Assembly: GCF_036321535.1 (NCBI RefSeq)
Contig: NC_087436.1
Location: forward strand, 31,188,001 to 31,252,000
Direction of reading: 5' to 3'
Source: Camelus dromedarius
Lineage: Eukaryota
DNA length: 64,000 nt
Below the pieces are notes generated by a model. The model worked only from the letters and a program-made list of their open reading frames with translations, did not search any database and was not told the DNA's origin. Position 1 is the first letter of the stretch. Every line of letters starts with the position of its first letter. The position numbers were made by a program, and so were the translations under genes. Below, piece after piece: positions 63,021 through 64,000 of the stretch.

Positions 63021-64000
63021 TTCTCATAAGATCAGCCCAGTGGAATTTTCCTACTGATGCCTTCACTAGTGAAGTAAGCATGACATTATACATTTTTCTT
63101 TTTTTCCCATTTTTCTTCTTGAAGTATCTGCATATTTCTAAATATTCATAAAACATTAGCAGTTTTCCTTGGAGGTCTTTAAAATACCAATGAAATTAGC
63201 AGCAATATTTCAAATTAAGCTTTCCTAAAGAGCCTTTGATTTAGCTTTAATAAGACAACTATTATTTTACCATCTAAAAATAAAATCCAATCATGGTTGC
63301 TAAGATATAATAATGTATTTCATTTATTTATATTGGATGACTTAACACAAAGGAAATAAAATGACATGTTTATTTTCCTCTAGTAAGTTCTAAATAACTT
63401 TTTAGTATTTAAGTGAAAGACACATTTAGAAATAAATATTCTTACAATATAAAATTCTTACTGAGAGATGCTCTTTTTCCTTCTGTTCTGAACACTCTTC
63501 ATATTTTTGATTATATGAAATCAATACATGTAAAAACTCATGTAATTAAGAGTAGCATTTGTCCATTATTATTTTGTTAAAAGACAGAAACAGTTGTTTT
63601 GGTTTCTGATGGGCCCTGACTCTATTTATGTAATGCTTATAAAAGACAAGGGTGATTCTGACTCAGCAGCGTACTGCTATGGGTATACGTAAAAGTCTGT
63701 CTCTAAGACTCTCCTCAAACACATGTACACCTGAATATGAAATATAAATGGATAAATCAAGGGGGAAAATCAATCATTCAAGTGATTTGACATTTCACAG
63801 AAACAAAATTGCAACTTTATTCTTTGACTGGATGTTTTATTGTTTGATACAAGAATTGTGTCTGGTCGACACTGTGAAATGGAAATAGTAACCTAAGGCA
63901 AGATTAAAAAAAATCATTTTATTTCCACACAATGGCTCTAAAAATGTAGTCTAATCAATTGCTGCTATGTATCATACATAGACATCATCTTCATCATGTA

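Noticed and set aside
63659..63668. TGACTCAGCA (ARE/MARE) motif; another at 22134-22143 in the ERVL LTR
   Set aside because: Isolated 10-mers with no supporting context, so they cannot be called functional.
1..64000. CRISPR arrays, rRNA/tRNA genes, operons, CpG island
   Set aside because: None seen. The DNA is mammalian and CpG-depleted throughout, with no repeat-spacer arrays.

Overview
This is AT-rich, CpG-depleted eutherian genomic DNA, mostly intronic or intergenic and dominated by interspersed repeats. These include L1, L2, MIR, HAL1, MaLR/ERVL LTR elements, and hAT and Tigger DNA transposons. I see no Alu, B1/B2, SINEC, PRE1 or Bov-B/Bov-tA elements. The 3' UTR of the youngest L1 (18.2-20.2 kb) resembles camelid L1s as I recall them, so a camelid is my tentative host guess. 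No intact, recognisable protein-coding gene, RNA gene or CRISPR array is present, and the listed ORFs I could place are repeat-derived or look like chance ORFs. Well-supported structures are: a two-LTR MLT1A element; a ~5.8 kb two-LTR ERVL provirus with a perfect GATAT target-site duplication (TSD); a tail-less internal L1 fragment flanked by a perfect 14-bp TSD; and a perfect 130-bp tandem duplication. More speculative leads are: a chain of small minus-strand exons that splice in frame into an unidentified 79-aa C-terminus, a recursive-splice-like AG|GTAAGT site, and a possible highly decayed TRIM (RING/B-box/coiled-coil) remnant. Repeat family names come from recalled consensus sequences, not from a search, and boundaries of old repeats are approximate.
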